In this document: piece after piece, positions 1 to 8,674 of the stretch
Position numbering within the stretch: the first letter of the stretch is position 1
Layout: every line of letters starts with the position of its first letter
NCBI GenBank assembly: GCA_041613315.1
Contig: JBFJHJ010000036.1
Location: 1-30,494, forward strand
DNA from: Gemmatimonadales bacterium
GTDB lineage: Bacteria; Gemmatimonadota; Gemmatimonadetes; Gemmatimonadales; GWC2-71-9
Direction: 5' to 3'
DNA: 30,494 bases
Translations under genes and position numbers: made by a program
Notes under the pieces: generated by a model
Database searches by the model: none
What the model saw: only the letters and a program-made list of their open reading frames with translations
What the model was told of the DNA's origin: nothing

Positions 1-2075
1 CGGTCGAGGAACGCCGCCGCCGCGCGATAGGCCGCGACCCAGTTTCGGTGCAGGAGGAAGCCGTGCACCTCGTCCGGAAAGATGAGCTGCTCGACCTCGA
101 CCCCCTGCCCGCGGAGGGCCTCGACGAGATCCACGGTCTCACTGAACGGGACGTTGCGGTCGTCGTCACCGTGGATCACGAGCACCGGAGAGCGCCACGT
201 CGCGACATCGGCCAGCGGCGACGATTGGAACGCCACCCGCGCGAGCTCCGGGCGGACGGTCTTGTCGTAGTCGGGCGCGAAATTCTCGATCACGACATTC
301 CAGTCATGCACGCCGTGGAGATCCACGCCGGCCCGAAACGTGTCGGACGCCCGGGCGAGTCCGAGCGCCGTCAGATACCCGCCGTACGAGCCGCCCCAGA
401 GACCGATGCGCGCCGGATCGACGTCCGGTCGGGTCTTGAGGAAGTCCGCCGCGGCCAGGACGTCACGGAACTCGCTCGCGCCCTCGGCGCCGTATTGCAG
501 TGCCTCGCGGAACTCCAACCCGTAGCCCGTTCCCGAACGATAGTTGACCGACAGGACCACATAGCCGCGGCTCGCGAGATACTGGTTCAAGGCGTAGGCG
601 TGGTGGTAATACCCGATATAGTGCCAGCCGAGGAGCATCTGGCGGCGCGACCCCCCGTGAAAGAACAACACCGCCGGCCGCCGTTCCCCCGCCCGCGCCG
701 TTCGCGGCGCGAACAGTTGGCCGCGGACCTCGATGCCGTCCGCCGCTCGAAACGTGACCGCCTGTGGCTCCAGGAGGTGTCGGACGGGGAAATCCCTCGG
801 CAGCGTCTCCGGCGCCAGCGGGCGCCGGGTCTCGTCGCCAACCCGTATCGCCGCGTGGGCAGGGGTGCGCGCGTCGGACGCGAGGAAGGCGATCGCCCGG
901 TTGTCGCCGGTCACGACCGGCGACCATTCGATTCCCGCCCCGGACGTCACGGGCTGGACGTCCCAGTCCCGCACCGTGATCCGGGACACGTGCCGCCGGT
1001 CGATGTCGCCCGCGTTCGAGGCATAGACGATCGTGCGGCGGTCGGGCGACAGGGCGACGTGCTCGACTTCGAACGCGCCCGCCGCGACGGGCCGCGCGGC
1101 ACCGCCCCGCGCCGAGACCGCGTAGAGGTTGGTCCAGCCGGTCCGCTCCCAGGGGAACACCAGCCAGTCCCCATCCGTCCACAGGAGCTGGCTCTCGGCG
1201 ACGACGCCACGGAACGCGCTCCCCCGCCCCCGCTCGGCGCGGAACGCCGTACGCGCGTCGCCTGTGGTGAGGTCCACCACGTGAATCGACCACGGTTCCG
1301 CTTCGCGCTGGGCGAAGAAGGGTAGCCGGTCCCGTTCGTTGGGCGTTCGGAGAAACGCGAGGCGCCGCCCGTCGGGCGACCACGTCGGGCTGCCGTCGCG
1401 GTCCACCGTCGGATCGAGGTAGCGGAGGCCGCCGAGCCCGAAGTCGTAGAGGCCGACGAAGCTATGGTCGCTCCGCGCGCTCACGAAGGCGAGCATCGCG
1501 CCGTCCGGCGAGAAGCGGAGTTGGCTCGCCCGCCCGCGGATCGTGAACAACTTCTTGGGCTGCGTCGAATCCTGCCGCATGATCGCCCACGCCTCGCCAC
1601 GTCGGAGGAACGCGATCACGTCGCCGCGCGGGGACACCGCCGGCGCGTTGCCCTCCGCCAGCCGGAGCGGGCCGCCCGTCGCGAACGGCACGATCCAGAG
1701 CTCCTGCGTCGCTCCCTGCGGATCGCTCGTGGGGTTCGGGATCTCCCCCTGTCGGTTGGGACCGCCGCCTCGCACGTAGACGATCGCATGGCCGTCGGGC
1801 GTCCACGTCAGGTCTCCCAGATCCTGTCCGTCGTCGGCGGTGTAGGACGTGAGTTGCCGAGCGGTGAACCGGGGGCCTTCGGCCACCCAGATGTTCCGCA
1901 CGCCTTCGGCGTTCTGCACCCACGCGATCCGAGCGCCGGTCGGCGCGGCGACCAACGCCGACGGGAACGGCGCCGCCAGCACTTGCTCCACAGTGAACTG
2001 TTGCGCGGCGGCCGGTCTGGGGACGAGCGCGAGGGCCAGGGCGGCGGCCACGGAAAGGCGACGGGCGATCGACAT
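1..2075 (-). CDS. Secreted S9 family (prolyl oligopeptidase/dipeptidyl aminopeptidase-like) serine peptidase; last few codons run off the left edge
   Basis: Not in the ORF track because it has no stop in the window. Manual reading: ATG at 2075 with AGGAG upstream; signal-like MSIARRLSVAAALALALVPRPAAAQ; propeller-type WTPDG/FSPDG/WSPDG repeats; nucleophile RIGLWGGSYGG, acid IHGDDDRNV, base FPDEVHGF. The start and the C-terminal motifs are in the same frame. Confidence 0.9.
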   Translation of the reverse strand, partial: MSIARRLSVAAALALALVPRPAAAQQFTVEQVLAAPFPSALVAAPTGARIAWVQNAEGVRNIWVAEGPRFTARQLTSYTADDGQDLGDLTWTPDGHAIVYVRGGGPNRQGEIPNPTSDPQGATQELWIVPFATGGPLRLAEGNAPAVSPRGDVIAFLRRGEAWAIMRQDSTQPKKLFTIRGRASQLRFSPDGAMLAFVSARSDHSFVGLYDFGLGGLRYLDPTVDRDGSPTWSPDGRRLAFLRTPNERDRLPFFAQREAEPWSIHVVDLTTGDARTAFRAERGRGSAFRGVVAESQLLWTDGDWLVFPWERTGWTNLYAVSARGGAARPVAAGAFEVEHVALSPDRRTIVYASNAGDIDRRHVSRITVRDWDVQPVTSGAGIEWSPVVTGDNRAIAFLASDARTPAHAAIRVGDETRRPLAPETLPRDFPVRHLLEPQAVTFRAADGIEVRGQLFAPRTARAGERRPAVLFFHGGSRRQMLLGWHYIGYYHHAYALNQYLASRGYVVLSVNYRSGTGYGLEFREALQYGAEGASEFRDVLAAADFLKTRPDVDPARIGLWGGSYGGYLTALGLARASDTFRAGVDLHGVHDWNVVIENFAPDYDKTVRPELARVAFQSSPLADVATWRSPVLVIHGDDDRNVPFSETVDLVEALRGQGVEVEQLIFPDEVHGFLLHRNWVAAYRAAAAFLD

Positions 2076-2210
2076 TGATCGAGACTCCTGGTTCGGTGCG
2101 AGCCGGGTGAGTTGGTCGGACGTCGTGCGCGCCGGCGCCACAGCGCGCACCCGCCGGGTGCACGGAACTACGGGGCCGCGCGCCTCGACCGACCGAACGC
2201 CGGGTGGACG

Positions 2211-4067
2211 CTACGCGCCGAGTCGGTCGCGCAGCCGCTCGGCGGCCGCGATCGCCAGGTCGAGCGCCTCGGCCGCACGGTTTCGCTCCCGCACCAGCGT
2301 CGTGACCAGGACGTGATAACGGTCGCTCGTGCGATCGAGTCGGGCCAGCGCGCGGATCGGTGCGAGGCCCGGCAGGAGGCCGGGATCGACGGCGGGGTCC
2401 GGATGGTACGGGCCCTGGAGGGTGTACACCACGCGGTGCAGCGGGCGCAGGACCTCCACGAGGCCGAGGTCGATCGGCGCGCCGGTCGGGGGCGTGCGGC
2501 CCTGCAACGTTCGGTCGATCGCGCGGGCGAGCCCGAGGAGACGCCGCTGCCGGCTGCGCAACGGCGCGAGATCGAATCGGTTGGCCGCCGCCGTATCAAG
2601 CGCGGCGAGGAGACCACCCAGCGCCTCGACTTCCGCCGTCACGCTCACCGGAAACACCGGCGCCGCCAGCAGCGCCGCCAGCGCTTCCGCGTACAGATCG
2701 GTGTCGGTCTTCAGGATATCGAAGTTGACCTTGTCGTAGGTGTCCTCCGGCGTGTGCCACCACCAGTAGCCGCCGTCCTCCGCCAGGCGCGTATGGTGGA
2801 GCTGGAAGACCGATAGCCCGATGCCGTTGAACGCCATGTCGGAGTTGCGGCCGGGACGGCCGGGATCGATCGCCTGTCCCGTGCCCTGCCGCACGACGCG
2901 CCGGGCGAGCGGCGCAAGCGAGGCGGTCGTCGTGGCGCCGAAGCGCTGCGCCCCCATCTGGCCGATGCCGTCGACGTTGACATAGGCGAGAGCGCGCTCC
3001 CGGAGCGCGGCAAAGCGCTGGTCCGCGAACCACGTGGCGCCGGCATACCGGCCGTTGCTGTGCCCGGGCCACCACGCCACCACGAGTCCGCGCCGGAGCT
3101 TGGCCCGGTGTCGGTGGAACGCCTGCGTCAGGGCGAGCATCGCGGCGTTGGACGCCCCCTCGTCGGTCGCCCCGTGGTACCATCCGTCAATGTGGCCGCC
3201 GAAGACGACGAATGGCGCGTCGGTGCCCGGGCCCGCCACGGTCGCCACCGCGAGACGCAGCGGCCGCCACCGCTGTTGGACCTCGGCCGTGAGCCGCACC
3301 CGCACCGGGCCCTGAGCCAGGAGCCGCCGGATCGCCTCGCCGCCGCTCTGGCGCACCTGCACGACCGGCAGCGCCGGGATGCGGTGGACATCCCGCAGGG
3401 ACGGCGCGCCCCACACGGTGGTCACAATGAGATCGTTGAGCCGCTCTTCGGGATTCACGAAGACGGCCCCCCGCGCGCCCAGCCGCTCGAGCTTCCAGGC
3501 GATGTCGGGACGCGGCTGCGCCTCGACCAGCGCGATGGCGCCGCTCACGTTCGGCACGCCGTCGAACGGCGCGAGGGCGAGGAGCTCCCCCGTGGCGACG
3601 TCGATCTCCGGCAACGCGTCCGGACTGCCCACGTCCACCAGCGGCGCCTCCAGATTACGCGCACTCCGGGAAAACGCCACGGTGATCGCCTCGGGCGCCA
3701 CCCTGGTCCCCAGCACTTCGACCCGTGCCGACACCGGATCGCTGGTGTACGCCATGAACTCGTGCACCTCGACGGGGACGCCGCTCGCCCGCAGCGTCTT
3801 CACGATGTAATCAATGGCCGCATACTCCCCCGGGCTCCCCGAGGGTCGCTGGTGCTGCACGATCTCCCACGTGTGGCGCTCCAGCTCGCCCAGCGTGATC
3901 GCGGCGCGCACACTATCCGCGATCTCTTGTGGCGTCGGGACGCGGGGCGCCCGGCCGCGGCGCTGTGCGGCGAGTGGCGCCGCATGACAGAGGATCGCAA
4001 GGCTCGCGAGCAGCACGGTTCTCATGGCTCGTCCCGTCTCCGCGGACCCGATCCGGCGGCGCATCAT
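2211..4067 (-). CDS. M28-family metallohydrolase with PA-like insert, probably secreted; start could be 4067 (ATGA overlap) or 4025
   Basis: GGHIDGW (HxD), GATDEGAS, YVNVDGIG, WWWHTPEDT and RPSGSPGE motifs; hydrophobic signal MRTVLLASLAILCHAAPLAAQ; ATG at 4067 overlaps the upstream TGA (4064-4066). Confidence 0.8.
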   Translation of the reverse strand: MMRRRIGSAETGRAMRTVLLASLAILCHAAPLAAQRRGRAPRVPTPQEIADSVRAAITLGELERHTWEIVQHQRPSGSPGEYAAIDYIVKTLRASGVPVEVHEFMAYTSDPVSARVEVLGTRVAPEAITVAFSRSARNLEAPLVDVGSPDALPEIDVATGELLALAPFDGVPNVSGAIALVEAQPRPDIAWKLERLGARGAVFVNPEERLNDLIVTTVWGAPSLRDVHRIPALPVVQVRQSGGEAIRRLLAQGPVRVRLTAEVQQRWRPLRLAVATVAGPGTDAPFVVFGGHIDGWYHGATDEGASNAAMLALTQAFHRHRAKLRRGLVVAWWPGHSNGRYAGATWFADQRFAALRERALAYVNVDGIGQMGAQRFGATTTASLAPLARRVVRQGTGQAIDPGRPGRNSDMAFNGIGLSVFQLHHTRLAEDGGYWWWHTPEDTYDKVNFDILKTDTDLYAEALAALLAAPVFPVSVTAEVEALGGLLAALDTAAANRFDLAPLRSRQRRLLGLARAIDRTLQGRTPPTGAPIDLGLVEVLRPLHRVVYTLQGPYHPDPAVDPGLLPGLAPIRALARLDRTSDRYHVLVTTLVRERNRAAEALDLAIAAAERLRDRLGA

Positions 4068-5668
4068 CCCGGCACCGAGCGCGCGGGGAACGCCTCGCCG
4101 ATCTCCGCCGCGGCGCGAAGTCCCAGCGCCACGAACGTGAGCGTTCCGTTGGCGCATCCACCCGTGACGCACGTGGGCGCCCCCACGACGAACAGGTTCT
4201 CGTGGTCCCACGTGCGGCTCCAATCGTCGCACACGCTCGTCTGCGGATCGTCACCCATCCGACACCCGCCGGCCGGGTGGTCTTGGAAGTCGCTGACGCT
4301 CATGCGCAGGACCCGGCCGTCGCCGGCGCGCGCCATCTCGGCGAAGAGCCGCTTGATCGACTCCTCGGTATGCGCGCGGAGCGTTCGGGACGCCTCGCTG
4401 TCCCGGAACCGAAGCACCGGCAGCGGGTCTCCCCACGGCGTGCGTCGCGTCGGATCGAGGGTGAGCTCGCTGGCCCTGGCCGGCACGACATCGTAATAGG
4501 CGCGGACCCGCGCCGTGCCCCGCTCGGTGCGGCGGCGCCAGTCATCCAGCAGGGCGTCGCCCAGGAGCAGCGTGCCGGTGTCGTCGGTCAGGCGCGGCTC
4601 GCGGCCCACGCTGGATTCCCAGATGCGCAGGTCGTGGCGCACGTATCGGTCGAGCGGTCCCGGACGCATGAACTTCTTGGACACCAGACTGTGATGCGCG
4701 TTGAGACCGGGGTAGAGCTTGAGCGGCAGCTCGATGTACGCGATCACGTGCCGATGGCCGTTCATGTACCTACCCACGAGCCCCGAGCGGTTGGCGAGTC
4801 CGTCGGGGAAGCGCTCGGTGCGCGAGAGCAGGAGAAGGTGCGAGCTCCACACGTAGCCGCCCGCCACGACGAACGTCCCCGCCCGGAACTCCACCGATGC
4901 GTCGGGCCGGTCGCGGTCCAACGCAATGGCGCGCTCGATCCGGTCGGTGCGCGCGCCCGGGACGAGCCGCTGGACGACCGTGCGCGTCAGGAGCCGCACC
5001 TTGCCCTGGCGTCGAAGCGCGGTCCACGTGAAGTCGGGTGAATACTTGGCGCCGATCGGGCAGATGGGCGAGCACGTGTCGTTGCGGCAGCACACGGCGC
5101 GACCGCGGTACGGCACCGAGTTCTTGGCCGACGGCTGGCTCCAGAACGGGATCTCCAGCCCCTCACCCCACCGCTTGAGGAGACCCAGGTTATACGACAG
5201 GGGCAGCGGCGACAACGGATACGGCTTGCCACGAGGGTCGAGCGCCGCCGGCCCCTGCTCCCCCGCCACGCCCATCCGCTCCTCAGCCTCCTGGTAGAAC
5301 GGATCGAGATCGTCGTAGGTGAGCGGCCAATCGTCCCCGACGCCGTACAACGACCGCAGCGCGAAATCCTCGGGGCTGAACCGGGGCGTCACCCCACCCC
5401 AGTGCATGGCCAGCCCGCCTACACACATCGAGCGGGACTGGATCCCATCGGTGCTCATGCCGTCGAGGTGGTCGGTGGGCCAGGGGTTCTCCCCGTATGC
5501 CAGGAACCGGCCGCGCCGCGCGGGCCGCTCCCGGAGCGGGATCACGTCGTCACCCGCTTCCACGACGACAATCGACACGTCGCGCTCCTCGCTCAGTTTT
5601 TCAGCGAGCAGCGCGGCGGTGATCCCGGAACCGATGATGCAGACGTCGCTCTCGACGACGCGGCGCAT
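4064..5668 (-). CDS. GMC-family FAD oxidoreductase, large subunit of FAD-glucose/sorbitol/gluconate-type dehydrogenase
   Basis: N-terminal FAD fold DVCIIGSGITA; VGGLAMHWGG; Cys cluster CCRNDTCSPICPIGA; C-terminal DHPAGGCRMG and NGTLT; start overlaps the upstream stop (GTGATG, 5666-5671). Confidence 0.9.
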   Translation of the reverse strand: MRRVVESDVCIIGSGITAALLAEKLSEERDVSIVVVEAGDDVIPLRERPARRGRFLAYGENPWPTDHLDGMSTDGIQSRSMCVGGLAMHWGGVTPRFSPEDFALRSLYGVGDDWPLTYDDLDPFYQEAEERMGVAGEQGPAALDPRGKPYPLSPLPLSYNLGLLKRWGEGLEIPFWSQPSAKNSVPYRGRAVCCRNDTCSPICPIGAKYSPDFTWTALRRQGKVRLLTRTVVQRLVPGARTDRIERAIALDRDRPDASVEFRAGTFVVAGGYVWSSHLLLLSRTERFPDGLANRSGLVGRYMNGHRHVIAYIELPLKLYPGLNAHHSLVSKKFMRPGPLDRYVRHDLRIWESSVGREPRLTDDTGTLLLGDALLDDWRRRTERGTARVRAYYDVVPARASELTLDPTRRTPWGDPLPVLRFRDSEASRTLRAHTEESIKRLFAEMARAGDGRVLRMSVSDFQDHPAGGCRMGDDPQTSVCDDWSRTWDHENLFVVGAPTCVTGGCANGTLTFVALGLRAAAEIGEAFPARSVPG

Positions 5669-6255
5669 CACGCGCCTCCCCGGCGCGGCCCGGGCCGCTC
5701 CGGCGAGCTGGCCAGGGGCCGGCACCCGTATCGGCCGATCGCCGCCCGATAACAGAGATCGGTCGCGTCCGGCGTGTCGTAGAAGTGGGCGAGCAGCCCC
5801 ACCGCCACGTGCGGCGCCTCGACCGCCGGCGGCAGTCGGTCGGCTGGCCGCTCGCCAAGTGCCGCCGCCACCAGCGCGCTCCGCTCCGCCGGGTCGAGCG
5901 AGGGGAACCGCGCCCCGAAGCGCTCACGCGCCGCGCCGTCCAACGCTTCCAGTTGAGCCTGCCAACGGGACGCCGGACTTGCCGGCGCGTGGTCGATCTC
6001 GGCCGTCCCGTAGCCGTGGTCCAGCTCCGCCCCCGGCCGGTAGCCGGCGAGCCACCGCTGAAAGCCCGTCACGACGCGCGTCATACCGTCGCGACCGAGC
6101 TCCGACGGCAACACCGCTTCCGCCACGGCGCGCAGCAAACGCTCGTCGAGGGGTTCCGCGTCAGCGCGCCGCGATCCCGCGCCCAGCGGCAGCGCCGCCA
6201 CCGGCACGAGCGCGGCGACCGACTGCACGAAGCGGCGGCGCGTCAGATCGCCCAT
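5668..6255 (-). CDS. Tat-exported small (gamma/subunit 3-like) subunit of the GMC dehydrogenase; alternative GTG start at 6282
   Basis: Twin-arginine signal MGDLTRRRFVQSVAALV; ERFGARFPSLDPAERSAL motif typical of gluconate 2-dehydrogenase subunit 3-like proteins; stop overlaps the GMC start. Confidence 0.75.
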   Translation of the reverse strand: MGDLTRRRFVQSVAALVPVAALPLGAGSRRADAEPLDERLLRAVAEAVLPSELGRDGMTRVVTGFQRWLAGYRPGAELDHGYGTAEIDHAPASPASRWQAQLEALDGAARERFGARFPSLDPAERSALVAAALGERPADRLPPAVEAPHVAVGLLAHFYDTPDATDLCYRAAIGRYGCRPLASSPERPGPRRGGA

Positions 6256-6358
6256 GGTCGTGTTCTCATCGAGGTCGGACACCGTCCCTTATGGTGCGCT
6301 CTGGGACCGCCGCGCGGAAGACTCGTCGGCGGGCGCGCCCGGGCGCCACGCGCGGCGC

Positions 6359-7801
6359 TCACTCGCGACGTTCGGAGTCCGGGGTCTGCGACACCGCGGG
6401 GCGGCGCGCGGACGGCAAACGCAAACGCACGGCGGGGAACACCATCGCCAGCGTGGCCCCAATTAGATAGGTCCCAAGGGAGACGCCGAGCGACACGAGG
6501 AACGGCACGGTCGACCCCCCGTAACTCGCCGCCAGATAGCTCAGCATCCCCGCCGCCAGCGTCGCCGCCGCCGTACGAGCGCCGCCCCACCGGGTGAACA
6601 GTCCGAAGATCACCGCGACCAGCGTGCCCGCGCTCCCGAGCGCCGATGCTTGCTCCACGAGTGCGAACACGCCCTCAGCGCGGACCGCCAGCATGTAGGC
6701 GATGATGCCGAAGCCGACGACGCCGGCCCTGGCGATGCCGACCTTTCGACGCTCGCTCGTCCTCCCCAGGAGTGGGACGACCAGGTTGTGCGAGAACAGC
6801 CCCGAGGCGACGAGCAACGTGGAGTCGACCGTGGAGAGGATCGCGGACAGCAGCCCGCCGGCAAACACGGCGTAGAACACCGTCGGCAACAGTTCCTGCG
6901 CGACCGCGGGCAGCAGTTGCTCGGCGTGCCCGGGTGCGTCCGACAACAGGGCCGGGCCGGTGAGCCCCACGAACACCGGAATCACGCCGAGCGCCAGGTA
7001 GATCCCTCCCGCGGCCACCGACGACCGGCGCGCTACGGTGGGCGAACGCGTGGCGATCACGCGCGCCACCAGCTCGGTCGCGACGACCGAACCGCACACC
7101 GGGATCGCCCATGCCTCCAGCGTCTCGAGCGGCGAAAGGCCGTGGCCGGCCAGTTGGATCCCGCCGGACGCGGCGACGGCCGCCGCGGCGTCGCCGACCC
7201 CGCCCAGCTGGCTCACCGCCGCCACGAGGACGACCACGAGCCCGACGGCGAGCAACGCCCCCTGAATCATGTCGGTGATCGCGTCCACCAGCAGCCCGCC
7301 GAATACCGTGTACGCGATGGTAATCGCGGCGGCCAGCCCGATCGCCACCTCCACTTCGAGCGCGGACGCCGCCGACAGGACCTGACCGAACGCCCGGATC
7401 TGCGCCGCGGCCCAGAGAATGGACGTCGGGATCAGGATCGCGGCTGCCAACCGCTCCACGCCCACCGAGTAGCGCTGGCGGAACAGGTCGGCGAGCGTCG
7501 TGAGCTTGCGCCGCCACAGCGGCACCGCGAACACGAGCCCCATGAGGATCAGACAGAGCCCGTACCCGAACGGCTCGGCGGACGCGAGGGAGACACCGTC
7601 GCGATACGTGACGCCGGCCGACCCGATGACCGTTTCGGCACCGAACCACGTGGCGAAGATCGAGAAGATCGCGAGCGGGTAGCCGAGGCGGCGGCCGGCG
7701 ACCAGATAGTCGTCCTCGGTGCGGATCCGCCGGGACACCCACACGCCGATGCCGAACTGCACCAGCATGAACCCGGCGATCGCGATGAGCGCTGGCGTCA
7801 C
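6359..7801 (-). CDS. Sodium:solute symporter (SSS/SLC5 family), resembling the choline-transporter-like subgroup; substrate unknown
   Basis: DYLVAGRRLG, ATWFGAE, YTVFGGL..DAITD..QG and SAILSTVDS motifs with many hydrophobic helices; start re-placed to GTG 7801, where the hydrophobic sequence begins (in frame with track ORF 6359..7972). Confidence 0.88.
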   Translation of the reverse strand: MTPALIAIAGFMLVQFGIGVWVSRRIRTEDDYLVAGRRLGYPLAIFSIFATWFGAETVIGSAGVTYRDGVSLASAEPFGYGLCLILMGLVFAVPLWRRKLTTLADLFRQRYSVGVERLAAAILIPTSILWAAAQIRAFGQVLSAASALEVEVAIGLAAAITIAYTVFGGLLVDAITDMIQGALLAVGLVVVLVAAVSQLGGVGDAAAAVAASGGIQLAGHGLSPLETLEAWAIPVCGSVVATELVARVIATRSPTVARRSSVAAGGIYLALGVIPVFVGLTGPALLSDAPGHAEQLLPAVAQELLPTVFYAVFAGGLLSAILSTVDSTLLVASGLFSHNLVVPLLGRTSERRKVGIARAGVVGFGIIAYMLAVRAEGVFALVEQASALGSAGTLVAVIFGLFTRWGGARTAAATLAAGMLSYLAASYGGSTVPFLVSLGVSLGTYLIGATLAMVFPAVRLRLPSARRPAVSQTPDSERRE

Positions 7802-8098
7802 CGGGCGGGAGGAGCGGGAGCACGGGACATGGCAGCGCCACAAGATAGGGGGGTGACCGCCGGGGAGCGACCCGAACCAGTCGCCCTCTCGCATTTCGCC
7901 CCAACGGAGGCAATCCCCCGCCCGGCACCGCAGGCCACCCAGCCAGGCGCTCATAACCAACTGTCGTGTCACAGGTTACGGAGACACGCCCCGGCACGGC
8001 AGTTGCAGCGACGACCATACGCCCGCCGCCGGACGTGCACAGTGGGCGGGGTCGACCGTCCTACTCCATGAGACTGACATCTGGAGCCTGATCGAACC

Positions 8099-8674
8099 GT
8101 GCGTCCGCTCTATGTGATGGGGCTGCTCTATCTCGCCGTGAGCGTGGCCGCCCTGGTGCGGGGGCCCGCGCCGTTGTACGACGACGGTGGCGGGTACGAC
8201 CTCGCCGACTTCACGTCCGACGGCGGTGCATGGTTCCGGAAGGCGAAGCCGTACTGCAATGCGCTCGAGGTCGAGACCGTCCACCGGCGGATCCCACCGC
8301 CCACCACGCTCCAGGGGACCGGGTTCAGCGCGGCCTGCTGGGCCCTCGCGGGGCGGATCGCGGAGGCCCGCGCCCGCATCGCGCCGCTCCGAGGAGATGA
8401 CCAGTGGAAGGCCGCGGGTATCGTCTTCGAGATCGGCCACCCCGTGGCCGACATGGGCGACGACCGCTCGGCCGGACCGATCATGGAACTGGTGGTCGAG
8501 TTCTGGCCGAATCACTACCAGGCACTGTACCACGCGGGGGCGGCACGCTTCGGGTTGGGCCAATACACGCTCGCGGAGCGGCATCTGCGCGAGTTCCTCC
8601 AGTACTACAACGCCGGCGAAGATGGCTGGACGCGGAGCGCCCGGGCCATGCTCGCGACGATCGAGGCCCGATGA
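8099..8674 (+). CDS. Hypothetical protein with N-terminal signal/anchor and C-terminal TPR-like helices
   Basis: GGAG at 8083-8086; protein-like composition; WPNHYQALYHAGAARFGLGQYTLAERHLREFL resembles a TPR repeat; TGA overlaps the next ATG. Confidence 0.7.
   Translation: MRPLYVMGLLYLAVSVAALVRGPAPLYDDGGGYDLADFTSDGGAWFRKAKPYCNALEVETVHRRIPPPTTLQGTGFSAACWALAGRIAEARARIAPLRGDDQWKAAGIVFEIGHPVADMGDDRSAGPIMELVVEFWPNHYQALYHAGAARFGLGQYTLAERHLREFLQYYNAGEDGWTRSARAMLATIEAR

Noticed and set aside
2125..2150. 8-bp inverted repeat GTGCGCGC/GCGCGCAC as a terminator after the M28 gene
   Set aside because: Low-complexity GC stem with no U-tract; plausible by chance at this GC content.
4064..7801. Choline uptake and oxidation (betT/betA-like) pathway from the CHT-like symporter plus GMC enzyme
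   Set aside because: The GMC protein has the Fe-S Cys cluster and Tat partner of periplasmic sugar dehydrogenases, not BetA features; the symporter substrate cannot be read from sequence.
8068..8091. Mini-ORF MRLTSGA* upstream of the TPR-like gene
   Set aside because: No SD or convincing promoter spacing and no overlap with the downstream start; it merely contains that gene's GGAG.
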